A stretch of DNA of 64,000 nucleotides from an uncultured Rhodospirillaceae bacterium. Its GTDB lineage: Bacteria; Pseudomonadota; Alphaproteobacteria; Rhodospirillales; Rhodospirillaceae. The notes beneath the pieces are model-generated. The model saw nothing but the letters and a program-made list of their open reading frames with translations, made no database searches and was not told the origin of the DNA. The position numbers and the translations under genes are program-made. Shown piece after piece: positions 45,118 to 54,271 of the stretch. The stretch is from NCBI GenBank assembly GCA_963976395.1, contig CAXBLG010000008.1, forward strand, positions 12,018 through 76,017, written 5' to 3'. Within the stretch, counting starts at the first letter, position 1; every line of letters begins with the position of its first letter.

Positions 45118-45597
45118 TCATGCGGCCGTGGTTGCATACCCTTTAATTTTACCAACCATCGACACCAGTCCGTTGCGCCGTGTTGGGCTGAGATGCTGAT
45201 CAAGGCCAAGCTGTTTAAAGGATCCGTCGATATCAATCGCCGCGATATCGGCAGGGGTCTTGCCTGAAAACAACACGCCTAAAACAGCGATCAGTCCTTT
45301 GACGATATGGGCGTCGCTATCGGCGGCAAAGGCGAACTTGTTCGCATCATCAGCCGGATGTCCGGGAACCATCCAAACCTGACTCATGCAGCCGCGCACC
45401 TTATTGGCCTCGGTCTTCAATTCTTCGGGAAAAGGTGGCAGTTTGCGTCCCAAGTCGATGATGTAGCGGTAGCGATCTTCCCAATCGTCAAACAGCTCAA
45501 AGTTCTCCGCCAGTTCGGCGAATTCCATCTCGGGCGCAATCATTGTGGGTTCTGCGGTCATGACCTCTCTCACATTTGCGCTTAAACTAGGGATCAT
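45118..45597 (-). CDS. sufE: SufE-like cysteine desulfuration (sulfur acceptor) protein
   Basis: RYRYIIDLG ... VRGCMSQVWM (acceptor Cys) ... DSDAHIVKGL. Confidence 0.85.
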   Translation of the reverse strand: MIPSLSANVREVMTAEPTMIAPEMEFAELAENFELFDDWEDRYRYIIDLGRKLPPFPEELKTEANKVRGCMSQVWMVPGHPADDANKFAFAADSDAHIVKGLIAVLGVLFSGKTPADIAAIDIDGSFKQLGLDQHLSPTRRNGLVSMVGKIKGYATTAA

Positions 45598-45626
45598 TGA
45601 AGATTTAACAAGTATGTTTTCAGCTC

Positions 45627-46070
45627 ATGGCCTCGCGTCCGCATCTCATTCCTATTACGTCGTCCATATCACTCGATGAGCGCGAGCTCGAATTCAATTT
45701 CATTCGTGCGGCGGGGCCGGGGGGGCAAAACGTCAACAAGGTCGCGACGGCGGTTCAATTGCGGTTTGACGCCGCCCATTCGCCGAGATTGCCGGAAGCG
45801 GTGCGTGAGCGTCTCTTGCAGCTCGCTGGGCGCAGGGCAACACTGGAGGGTGTGATCGTGATTGCGGCAAATCGGTTTCGCACACAAGAGCGAAACCGCA
45901 GCGATGCGGTTGAGCGTCTTGTGGAGCTGATTCGCCGCGCATCGCTAGTGCCGAAAAAGCGGGTTCCCACGCGGCCCTCAAGATCTGCGCGCGGCAAGCG
46001 GCTCGACTCCAAGAGGAGGCGAGCAGACGTAAAAGGTAAGCGCAGCGTAAGGTCAGGTGACTGGGATTAG
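45627..46070 (+). CDS. arfB: Alternative ribosome-rescue factor / peptidyl-tRNA hydrolase ArfB (YaeJ/ICT1 type)
   Basis: GPGGQNVNKV GGQ motif and a basic C-terminal tail (KKRVPTRPSRSARGKRLDSKRRR). Confidence 0.9.
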   Translation: MASRPHLIPITSSISLDERELEFNFIRAAGPGGQNVNKVATAVQLRFDAAHSPRLPEAVRERLLQLAGRRATLEGVIVIAANRFRTQERNRSDAVERLVELIRRASLVPKKRVPTRPSRSARGKRLDSKRRRADVKGKRSVRSGDWD

Positions 46071-46083
46071 GTGTCCTCTCCGG

Positions 46084-47919
46084 TTATTGCGCGGCTTCAA
46101 CGTCTTCGCTTCTGTCGTCTCGAACATCAGCCGAGAATTGAAGTGCGGCAACGCGAGCGTAGAGCGGGTTGCTAACAATGAGCTGATCATGGCGTCCGGT
46201 GTCGATCAGACGCCCATCGTCGATCACGGCGATGCGGTCGGCGTTCACCACAGTGGCAAGGCGGTGTGCGATGACCATAGTGGTGCGCCCCACCATCAAT
46301 CGCTCCAAGGCGGTCTGGACCAATTTTTCGTTCTCAGCATCCAGCGCACTCGTTGCTTCATCGAGCAGCAGCAGGGCCGGATCACGCAAAATGGCGCGGG
46401 CGATGGCAATACGCTGCTTTTGCCCGCCGGATAAACGCACACCACGTTCGCCTAGAAAGCTCTTCATGCCTTCTGGTAGCCGCTCTATGAATTCCATTGC
46501 AGCAGCAGCCTCCGCGGCGGCGCGCACCTCCTCGTCCGTCGCATCGGGCCGGCCATAGCGGATGTTCTCCATGGCATCGGCAGCGAAGATCACCGGGTCT
46601 TGCGAGACCAATCCAATGCGCGCACGCGCCTCGCGCGGGTCAACGTCGCGCAGATCCATGCCGTCAATTCGCACCGCGCCTGATTTTGGATCGTAAAAGC
46701 GCAGCAACAATTGAAACACAGTGGTCTTGCCTGCGCCGGACGGGCCGACGAGAGCAACATGTTCACCCGGTTCCACCTTCAACGACAGTCCGGATAACGC
46801 GGCGGTATCGGGTCTGGACGGGTAGTGGAAGGTGACGTTGTCGAATTCGACGGCGCCTTGTGCAGGCGACGGCATGGATTTTGGATTGGCTGGCGCTGTA
46901 ATGTCGGGTTTCATTTCCAGCAGTTCAACTAATCGTTCGGTCGCTCCTGCGGCGCGTTGCAACTCGCCCAGCACTTCGCTTACCGCGCCAACTGAGGCCG
47001 CGACCATAACCGCGTAGAAAATAAACGCTGACAGTTCACCCGGGGTAATATCGCCGGCAATCACACCGCGCCCGCCGGCCCACACCACAAGGGCAATGGC
47101 AACAAAGACGAGGAAGATAACCGCGCTACCCATCATGGCCCGTGCGGAAATACGGCGCATGGCCGTGCCAAAGGCGCCTTCGACGTTCCGGTTAAAAAAC
47201 GAACGGTCGATGTCTTCATGCACGTAGGCTTGCACCGTGCGAATGGCATTGAGGTTTTCTTCGGCGTACGATCCGACGTCCGCAACCCGGTCTTGGCTTT
47301 CGCGCGAAAGTTTGCGCACTTTGCGGCCATACCAGATGATCGGCACGATCACGGCGGGTACGACGAGGGCGACCAGCGCCGTCAGTTGCACGTTGGTGAC
47401 CATCAGCATGATGATGCCGCCGATCAACGAAAACGAATTGCGAATCGCGATAGAAAACGAGGTGCCGATCACTTGCTGTAAAAGCGCGGTGTCGGTCGTC
47501 AGGCGCGAGAGAATCTCGCCGGTTTTCGTTGTCTCATAAAATCCCGGACTTAATTTCAAGATATGGCTGAACACGGCTGCGCGAATATCGGCGACTACAC
47601 GCTCGCCGATCCACGAAATGTAGTAGAAGCGAACAAAAGTCCCTACGGCGATAAAAACAACAACGCCGACAAGAAGGGCGAGGCCTTTATCAAGTGTTTC
47701 TTGGCTTCCAGCGCTCAGGCCCTGATCGACAACGAACTTAAGGCCCATGCCGATGCTCAACGTCGCGGCCGATGTAAGCAGCAAGGCAAAAGCGAAGATC
47801 GCCATGTGGCGCGCGTAGGGCCGCATGAAACCGTAGGTACGACGCAGGTAGGCGTAGTTCTTGCTCTTGGGTCGGTCAGGTAGGTTCCATTTTGAGGGCC
47901 CGCGGGATTGATCACTCAC
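46084..47919 (-). CDS. ABC exporter, fused 6-TM permease + ATPase (MsbA/Atm1-like, ABCB type)
   Basis: 611 aa. Walker A GPSGAGKTT, signature LSGGQKQRIAIARA, Walker B LLLDEATSALD. Confidence 0.9.
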   Translation of the reverse strand: MSDQSRGPSKWNLPDRPKSKNYAYLRRTYGFMRPYARHMAIFAFALLLTSAATLSIGMGLKFVVDQGLSAGSQETLDKGLALLVGVVVFIAVGTFVRFYYISWIGERVVADIRAAVFSHILKLSPGFYETTKTGEILSRLTTDTALLQQVIGTSFSIAIRNSFSLIGGIIMLMVTNVQLTALVALVVPAVIVPIIWYGRKVRKLSRESQDRVADVGSYAEENLNAIRTVQAYVHEDIDRSFFNRNVEGAFGTAMRRISARAMMGSAVIFLVFVAIALVVWAGGRGVIAGDITPGELSAFIFYAVMVAASVGAVSEVLGELQRAAGATERLVELLEMKPDITAPANPKSMPSPAQGAVEFDNVTFHYPSRPDTAALSGLSLKVEPGEHVALVGPSGAGKTTVFQLLLRFYDPKSGAVRIDGMDLRDVDPREARARIGLVSQDPVIFAADAMENIRYGRPDATDEEVRAAAEAAAAMEFIERLPEGMKSFLGERGVRLSGGQKQRIAIARAILRDPALLLLDEATSALDAENEKLVQTALERLMVGRTTMVIAHRLATVVNADRIAVIDDGRLIDTGRHDQLIVSNPLYARVAALQFSADVRDDRSEDVEAAQ

Positions 47920-48070
47920 CGGAGATTCGCCTTCCGTTCAAAAATATCCATTCTTGGTGCGGATGAATGGGGCTTTTTGCCGTCTAAAGTCAATGTAAGC
48001 CTTGGCTAGAGGACGGCAGGAGATCATATCATCATGGTTTCCGGTCCCTTCTTGGGCTTAGACTCGGGCC

Positions 48071-49366
48071 ATGTCGTTACAATCGCCGTCGTTTGATAAA
48101 ATCACTGCTGTGTGCCGCGACTGTCTTGGCGAGTCTGCTGCAGCGCCTGCCGTATGCGCGCGGTGTGGGTCCGAGCGGCTGATATGTCACCCCGAATTGG
48201 GGCGCCTTTCTATTGCTCACATTGATTGTGATGCCTTCTATGCAGCGGTGGAGAAGCGGGATAACCCGGCGCTTAAAGATAAGCCAGTTCTTGTCGGGGG
48301 CGGGCAGCGCGGGGTTGTCTCTACAGCCTGTTACATTGCGCGGCGATACGGTCCCCGCTCGGCCATGCCCATGTATAAGGCTCTGAAGCTGTGTCCAAAC
48401 GCAGTGGTTATCACGCCCGACATGGCCAAATATAAGATTGCCAGCGAGCAGGTTCGCCGCGTCTTCGAATCCACCACACCGATTGTCGAGCCGTTATCGC
48501 TTGATGAAGCATTTCTCGATCTTCGCGGAACGTCGAAGCTGTTCAGCAGGTCGCCCGCAGCCACTTTGGCTCACATCGCCCGTGAAATAGAGCGTGAGGT
48601 GCGCATCACTGTCTCGGTTGGTCTCAGTTACAATAAATTTCTGGCCAAGATCGCATCGGATTTGAACAAGCCGCGTGGCTTTGCCGTTATCGGCAAAAGT
48701 GATGTCATTGAAGTTTTGCACGACATGCCCGTCTCCCGGCTTCCCGGTGTAGGTCCTTCTCTAGCCGATCGTCTTAAGATTGACGGCCTGCACACGGTCG
48801 GTGATTTACAGCGCCAGGGCGAGGCAGATCTCGGCGTGCGGTACGGCGAAACGGGGGAGTATTTGTCCCGCCTTGCTCATGGCGTCGACCACCGGCTCGT
48901 GCGGTCCGAACGGAGTGCGAAGACCATATCCGCCGAAACCACGTTCCCCCGTGACATCAACGACCCGGCCGAGCTTCGCCGGCGTTTGTGGCCTCTCTGT
49001 GAGCGCGTCGCGGAACGTCTCAAAGCCAAGGGCCTCGCCGGGCGAACCGTGACGCTTAAAATGAAAACCGCCCGCTTCAAGCTTATGACGCGGAACAATC
49101 GCTTGCGGACGCCCACACAACTTGCGGAAACCATATTTCGCGCAGCCGAGCCTCTGATGATCAGGGAGATTCCGGGAAAGAGCTTCCGTCTTATTGGTGT
49201 CGGCGTGGATACTCTCGCCGAAACATCGCTTGCGGATCAGGGCGATCTTTTTGCCGACAACGTTCAGAGTGATGAAACCCACTACGCTGAGGTGGAGCGG
49301 GCCATGGATGCGGTGCGCGCCAAGTTTGGCCGCCGCGCCATTCGCAAGGGTCGCGCCGACGCATAA
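48071..49366 (+). CDS. dinB: DNA polymerase IV (Y-family) with an N-terminal C4 zinc-ribbon-like extension
   Basis: IAHIDCDAFYAAVEKRD, SLDEAFLD, SVGLSYNKFLAKIASD. Preceded by C-x2-C-x10-C-x2-C (CRDC...CARC). Confidence 0.9.
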   Translation: MSLQSPSFDKITAVCRDCLGESAAAPAVCARCGSERLICHPELGRLSIAHIDCDAFYAAVEKRDNPALKDKPVLVGGGQRGVVSTACYIARRYGPRSAMPMYKALKLCPNAVVITPDMAKYKIASEQVRRVFESTTPIVEPLSLDEAFLDLRGTSKLFSRSPAATLAHIAREIEREVRITVSVGLSYNKFLAKIASDLNKPRGFAVIGKSDVIEVLHDMPVSRLPGVGPSLADRLKIDGLHTVGDLQRQGEADLGVRYGETGEYLSRLAHGVDHRLVRSERSAKTISAETTFPRDINDPAELRRRLWPLCERVAERLKAKGLAGRTVTLKMKTARFKLMTRNNRLRTPTQLAETIFRAAEPLMIREIPGKSFRLIGVGVDTLAETSLADQGDLFADNVQSDETHYAEVERAMDAVRAKFGRRAIRKGRADA

Positions 49367-49444
49367 GGGCCTACCGGTTGCGCTGCCCGGCGTCCGTGTG
49401 TCATCAGTTGCGTTCCACCAATCCTGAATTGCCGGAGAACCGCC

Positions 49445-50074
49445 ATGGATATGAAGGGGGAGTATAGTATCCCCGCCCCGCGCGAAGCGGTGTGGGCGGC
49501 CCTCAACGATGTCGAGGTTCTCAAAGCATCCATTCCCGGCTGCCAATCCATTCAGCGGTTGTCTGAGACCGAGATTGAGGCGACCGTGACCGCCAAAGTC
49601 GGCCCCGTCAAAGCAACCTTCACCGGCCTTGTCACACTGTCAGATCTTGATCCGCCCAATGGCTATAGCATTCGGGGTGAAGGCAAGGGCGGGGCTGCAG
49701 GGTTTGCCAAAGGTGGAGCCAAGGTAAGCCTTGCCGATGATCCGGTCGGCACCCGGCTTAGTTATGAGGTCGATGCGGCGGTTGGCGGCAAGTTGGCGCA
49801 AATCGGTGGTCGGTTGATTGCTTCCACCGCCAAAAAACTGGCCGATGAATTTTTCGCCAAGTTTGGAGAGATTGCGGCGAGCCGCGCGGCTGAAACTGCG
49901 AAATCTGCGCCTCCGCTTCCGGCGGACTCACCCTCCGAGCCAAATCTCGCTGCATCTGCAACTAATTCCGTGGGGCCGTCTTCGGGCCTGATTACTTCAG
50001 GAAGATGGTTTCTGATTGCCGCAGTCTTGGTTATTGTCGTTTTGGCAGGTATTTACGGCATGAGCCGAAGTTAA
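49445..50074 (+). CDS. coxG: CoxG-type SRPBCC protein with a C-terminal membrane anchor
   Basis: The N-terminal ~145 aa resemble carbon monoxide dehydrogenase subunit G ([10 protein letters not shown] ... [12 protein letters not shown]). A hydrophobic tail [18 protein letters not shown] follows. Confidence 0.8.
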   Translation: MDMKGEYSIPAPREAVWAALNDVEVLKASIPGCQSIQRLSETEIEATVTAKVGPVKATFTGLVTLSDLDPPNGYSIRGEGKGGAAGFAKGGAKVSLADDPVGTRLSYEVDAAVGGKLAQIGGRLIASTAKKLADEFFAKFGEIAASRAAETAKSAPPLPADSPSEPNLAASATNSVGPSSGLITSGRWFLIAAVLVIVVLAGIYGMSRS

Positions 50075-50099
50075 GCCGCAAGGGAGGAATGGCGTCGTC

Positions 50100-50588
50100 A
50101 TGGTGAAAGTAGCCATCAACGTAAACGGGACCGAGCAGACCGCCGAAGTCGAAGAGCGGACGTTGCTAGTCGAATTTCTGCGTGAAAAACTCCGCCTTAC
50201 TGGTACTCATGTTGGCTGTGACACCAGCCAATGTGGTGCCTGCACGGTTCATTTGAACGGACGCTCGATCAAAGCCTGCACCACTTTGGCGGTGCAGGCC
50301 GACGGTCAGTCTGTGACGACGATTGAGGGCGTGGCGGCGAAGGACGGCACCCTTCATCCTATGCAGGCCGCTTTTCGCGAGCATCATGGCTTGCAATGTG
50401 GATTTTGCACCCCCGGCATGGTTATGAGTGCTCTCGGTCTGGTCGCACGCAATAAAGACAACACTCTAACGAACGATCTGATTCGCGCCGAACTTGAAGG
50501 CAATCTCTGCCGGTGCACCGGCTATCAAGCTATTGTGAAATCCGTTGCTGCCGGCGCCGCGGCGATGGGCGCCAAAGTCGCGTCCTGA
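50100..50588 (+). CDS. coxS: Molybdenum hydroxylase small subunit, 2x[2Fe-2S] (CoxS type)
   Basis: [12 protein letters not shown] and QCGFCTPGM ... NLCRCTGY cluster motifs. Confidence 0.9.
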   Translation: MVKVAINVNGTEQTAEVEERTLLVEFLREKLRLTGTHVGCDTSQCGACTVHLNGRSIKACTTLAVQADGQSVTTIEGVAAKDGTLHPMQAAFREHHGLQCGFCTPGMVMSALGLVARNKDNTLTNDLIRAELEGNLCRCTGYQAIVKSVAAGAAAMGAKVAS

Positions 50589-50603
50589 TTCGGAGCAAAG
50601 TAT

Positions 50604-51398
50604 ATGTACTCATTTAATTACAAACGCGCGGCCTCTGTCGCCGAAGCCGAAACAGTTTTTGGCGCGAGTGAAGACGCGGTGTTTCTAGCCGGGGGGCAAA
50701 CCCTTATTCCGACCCTCAAGCAACGGTTGGTGCAGCCGTCCGATGTGGTTGACATCGGCGGGCTTAAAGATATTCAAGTATTTGCCGCGTCCGACAACGA
50801 GATCGTTATTGGTGCAGGTGTATGTCACGCCGATGTTGCGGCCTCTTCTGACGTGCAAAAATCCATCCCGGCGCTGGCCTATCTCGCTCAGCATATCGGA
50901 GATCCCCAGGTGCGCAATCGCGGCACCTTGGGCGGGTCTATCGCCAACAACGATCCTGCTGCCGACTATCCTGCCGCTATCGTTGCGTTAGATGCGACGG
51001 TTCACACCTCGAACCGCGAAATTGCAGCCGATGATTTTTTCACCGGTATGTTTGAAACAGCACTTGAGCCCGGCGAGCTTATTACGAAAGTCAGCTTCCC
51101 TGTTCCGAAACGTGCAGCCTATGCGAAGTTTCCAAATCCCGCATCGCGGTATGCGGTGGTCGGAGTGATGGTGGCCGAAACATCTTCCGGCGTTCGGGTT
51201 GCCGTGGTTGGCGCGGGCCCCGGTGTATTTCGCATGACGGAGATGGAAGCCGCCCTGTCCAAATCTTTCACTGTCGATGCACTCAAAAATATTTCAGTGC
51301 CTGCCGATGATTTGAACGAAGACCTACATGCCACGGCCGACTATCGTGCGCATCTTGTTGGAGTTATGGCGCAGCGGGCAGTCGCATCCATCGCATAG
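50604..51398 (+). CDS. coxM: Molybdenum hydroxylase medium FAD-binding subunit (CoxM type)
   Basis: FLAGGQTLIP, NRGTLGGSIANNDP, ADYRAHL. Confidence 0.85.
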   Translation: MYSFNYKRAASVAEAETVFGASEDAVFLAGGQTLIPTLKQRLVQPSDVVDIGGLKDIQVFAASDNEIVIGAGVCHADVAASSDVQKSIPALAYLAQHIGDPQVRNRGTLGGSIANNDPAADYPAAIVALDATVHTSNREIAADDFFTGMFETALEPGELITKVSFPVPKRAAYAKFPNPASRYAVVGVMVAETSSGVRVAVVGAGPGVFRMTEMEAALSKSFTVDALKNISVPADDLNEDLHATADYRAHLVGVMAQRAVASIA

Positions 51399-51479
51399 AC
51401 CCAATGCATAGGAGGGTGGTGGGATAGGAAGGCGATCTCATGCTAGCGTCGGGCGGATGAACCAGAGGGCGCATACCTA

Positions 51480-52079
51480 ATGTCTTCACCTGTTCGCTTC
51501 TATTTCGATTTTAACTCTACCTTTTCGTATATCGCCGCTCAGCAGATCGATGATCTCGCGGCGCGCCACAATCGTGATGTGGACTGGATCGCGGTGTCCT
51601 TGGGTCATTTATTTAATCAACAGGGCATTACGCCACCGCCGCTGGTCCCGGAAAAATTCAAATATCTAGCCATCGATTTTGCGCGAAGCTGCGCTTTTGC
51701 CGGTTTGCCCGCCAAGCTGCCTGAGTCGATGCCGCCGCCGGTCAAATTGGTCCGGCTTGCCTTCTGGCGACTGAAAGCCAAAGATGAGGCGCTGGCCCGG
51801 GTTTATGCCAAGGCGGTCACCAAGGCCGTCTTCGGTGAGGGACGCAGTGTCGGTACCGCTGCCGACATCGCTGAAGTCTGCAGTCACGTCCCTGGCGTGA
51901 CCGAGGCCGAGATTACTGCGGCGGCCGAGGATAAAGCGGCCAAACAGGCCGTTTTGACCGCCGTGGACTCAGCCAAGGCAGACGGTATGATCGGAGCACC
52001 ATTTATGATGTTCGAGGGGGAGCCTTTCTGGGGGGCGGACCGACTGGATCAGTTGGAGCGCCGTCTTTCGGAAGGCTAA
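51480..52079 (+). CDS. DsbA-fold 2-hydroxychromene-2-carboxylate isomerase family protein
   Basis: VRFYFDFNSTFSYIA N-terminus and GAPFMMFEGEPFWGADRLDQLE C-terminus are typical of the family. Confidence 0.8.
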   Translation: MSSPVRFYFDFNSTFSYIAAQQIDDLAARHNRDVDWIAVSLGHLFNQQGITPPPLVPEKFKYLAIDFARSCAFAGLPAKLPESMPPPVKLVRLAFWRLKAKDEALARVYAKAVTKAVFGEGRSVGTAADIAEVCSHVPGVTEAEITAAAEDKAAKQAVLTAVDSAKADGMIGAPFMMFEGEPFWGADRLDQLERRLSEG

Positions 52080-52100
52080 AAATTTTAGGGAGGATTCACG

Positions 52101-52913
52101 ATGTCTGAAGGTACTCAACAGGGTTGGCTTGCGCGCAATTATGGGCGCATCGCTCTGCTCAGCTTTGCGATCGCTATTGTCGGTGTGCTGGTGGGCCTGT
52201 CCGCCGGAGTTCTCTATCGGCTGGACATAGTGGAGCTAAGAACGTCTCTGTTCACGGTTCTGCCTTACGGGGCTTATATCGCTGCGGCGGGCGCCGCACT
52301 GTGTGCACTCTCCATCGTTGTCGCGCTTGTATTGTATAAGGGCGAGTTCCTCGCCAAGTCTGCATTGCCGGTCATGGGTTTGATCGCCGGCGGCATCGCC
52401 GTTTACATCCCCTACGCGCAACAGCAGCTTGGAGCTTCTGTGCCGCCGATCCATGACATCAGCACCGACACTTCAAATCCACCGAAGTTTGTGGCGGTTC
52501 TTCCGCTACGGGAAGCGGACAACGCACCGAACACGGCGGAGTATCTGGTTGAATATGAAGCGCGCGGAACAGTGCTGAATGTTCCTGAAGAACAAAAGAA
52601 AGGCTACCCCGATATCCAGCCCGTCGAACTCTGGGGTTTAAGTTTCTACGAGGCATTCGACTTGGCCTTGTCAGCAGCCGAACGTCAGGGCTGGACCATT
52701 GTCGCGGCGGATAAGGAAGAGGGTCGTATTGAGGCGTGGGACAAAACCACTTTCATGGGCTTTGTTGATGATGTGGTCATCCGCATTACACCGGAAGGCA
52801 TCGGTAGCATTGTCGATATTCGTTCGGTTTCCCGGGTCGGCGGTAGTGATGTAGGCAAAAATGCTCAGCGTATCCGCACCTATGTCGATACCCTTAAAGG
52901 CATGGAAAGCTAA
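52101..52913 (+). CDS. Membrane-anchored DUF1499 family protein (paralog 1)
   Basis: Four N-terminal TM segments, then the soluble domain IHDISTD..NPP ... FVDDVVIRITPEG ... IRSVSRVGGSDVGKNAQRIRTYV (DUF1499-like RS.SR.G.SD.G.N motif). Confidence 0.65.
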   Translation: MSEGTQQGWLARNYGRIALLSFAIAIVGVLVGLSAGVLYRLDIVELRTSLFTVLPYGAYIAAAGAALCALSIVVALVLYKGEFLAKSALPVMGLIAGGIAVYIPYAQQQLGASVPPIHDISTDTSNPPKFVAVLPLREADNAPNTAEYLVEYEARGTVLNVPEEQKKGYPDIQPVELWGLSFYEAFDLALSAAERQGWTIVAADKEEGRIEAWDKTTFMGFVDDVVIRITPEGIGSIVDIRSVSRVGGSDVGKNAQRIRTYVDTLKGMES

Positions 52914-52956
52914 GCGACTGCCTGATGTAGATTTAGGGACTAGTTAGGAGGACACG

Positions 52957-53781
52957 ATGTCCGAGGCGATTACCCCCAATTGGTTGGCAGGCAATCTTAG
53001 CCGCGTGGTGAAACTCGGCTTCGCCGTCGCGGTTGTTGGCGCACTGATTGCGATTTTGTCTGGAACGGGGTACCGCCTTGAGATTTGGGAACGGGGCCTT
53101 GCGTTCACGATCTTGCGTTACGGTGCCGGAATCGCGATTGCGGGCGGCGTCCTCTGTCTGATTATCATCATTGCATCCTTTGTTTTCGACAAAGGGGAGG
53201 GGCTGATGAAATCGGTACTCGCGGTGCTTGGGCTGATAATCGGCGCCGTTGCGTTCTATGTGCCTTATTCCATGCAGCAAACCGCAGCTTCGGTCCCGCG
53301 CATTCACGACATCACAACCGACCTTGAGAACCCGCCTGCATTTGAGGCGGCGCTGGCTTTGCGGGAGGCGACCGGTGCGACCAATCCGGCCGAGTACGTG
53401 CGCGACGTCACAGTGGGCCAGAATACGATCAATGTGCCTGAAGCTCAAAAAGAAGCGTATCCAGATATTCAGCCGGAGGAATTATGGGGCCTGTCGTTTT
53501 ATGAAGGCTTTGATCTGGCCTTGATTGCGGCGGAGGATATGGGCTGGACCATCATCGCGGCGGATAGAGAGCGCGGTCGTATCGAAGCGTGGGACAAGAC
53601 GACCTGGTACGGGTTTATTGATGACATCGTTGTTCGCGTGACGCCGGAAGGGATCGGCAGTATTGTCGATGTCAGGTCAGTTTCCCGCGTCGGGCTTAGC
53701 GATGTGGGCAAGAATGCACAACGCATCCGCGCATATGTCAAAAAGCTCAAAGCCATGGAAGAATACTCCGGCCCCCCGTAA
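52957..53781 (+). CDS. Membrane-anchored DUF1499 family protein (paralog 2, tandem duplicate)
   Basis: Same architecture as 52101..52913. The C-terminal ~110 residues are nearly identical (IEAWDKTT..GF.DD.V.R.TPEGIGSIVD.RSVSRVG.SDVGKNAQRIR.YV). Confidence 0.65.
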   Translation: MSEAITPNWLAGNLSRVVKLGFAVAVVGALIAILSGTGYRLEIWERGLAFTILRYGAGIAIAGGVLCLIIIIASFVFDKGEGLMKSVLAVLGLIIGAVAFYVPYSMQQTAASVPRIHDITTDLENPPAFEAALALREATGATNPAEYVRDVTVGQNTINVPEAQKEAYPDIQPEELWGLSFYEGFDLALIAAEDMGWTIIAADRERGRIEAWDKTTWYGFIDDIVVRVTPEGIGSIVDVRSVSRVGLSDVGKNAQRIRAYVKKLKAMEEYSGPP

Positions 53782-53821
53782 AAGGTCCGGCGACCTTTCA
53801 GTTTCCATTCGCACGGCCCGC

Positions 53822-54271
53822 ATGTCCGATCTGTCGGCGCTGCTTGCCTTAGAGACCAAAACGTTCTCGGCCGATCGGTTATCTGAACGCAGTCTTCGCC
53901 GTCATCTGCAAAGCGACACTGCGAAAGTGCTTGTTGCCGTCAGCGGCGAGTCATGTCTTGGATATGCTTTGCTTCTTTTTCGCGGTGACAGTTCGGCAGC
54001 TCGCCTTTATTCCCTTGCGGTAGATCGAAAGGCACGTGGACGCGGGGTTGGGCGCGCGCTTCTATCCGCCTGCGAGAAACAGGCTCGCCAGTGTAGTCGG
54101 ACCCACATGCGGCTCGAAGTGCGGGCCGACAATAAACAAGCGCGCTCTCTTTATATTTCGGAAGGGTACGGCGCACGCGTTGTTGTGAGTGACTACTATC
54201 AAGACGGCATGGCCGCGGTTAAATTTGAAAAACCGTTGAGGCCGCGCCGAGTATCAATGGGCCACACATGA
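53822..54271 (+). CDS. GNAT family N-acetyltransferase (RimI-like)
   Basis: Acetyl-CoA motif A LAVDRKARGRGVGRALL. ATG 53822 is chosen; the track start at 53663 overlaps the preceding gene. The stop overlaps the next start (ATGA). Confidence 0.75.
   Translation: MSDLSALLALETKTFSADRLSERSLRRHLQSDTAKVLVAVSGESCLGYALLLFRGDSSAARLYSLAVDRKARGRGVGRALLSACEKQARQCSRTHMRLEVRADNKQARSLYISEGYGARVVVSDYYQDGMAAVKFEKPLRPRRVSMGHT

Noticed and set aside
47920-48070. SOS (LexA) box upstream of dinB.
   Set aside because: Only a single GTTC is present (GTTC-AAAAATA-TCCA). There is no GTTC-N7-GTTC or GAAC-N7-GAAC repeat, so no site is called.
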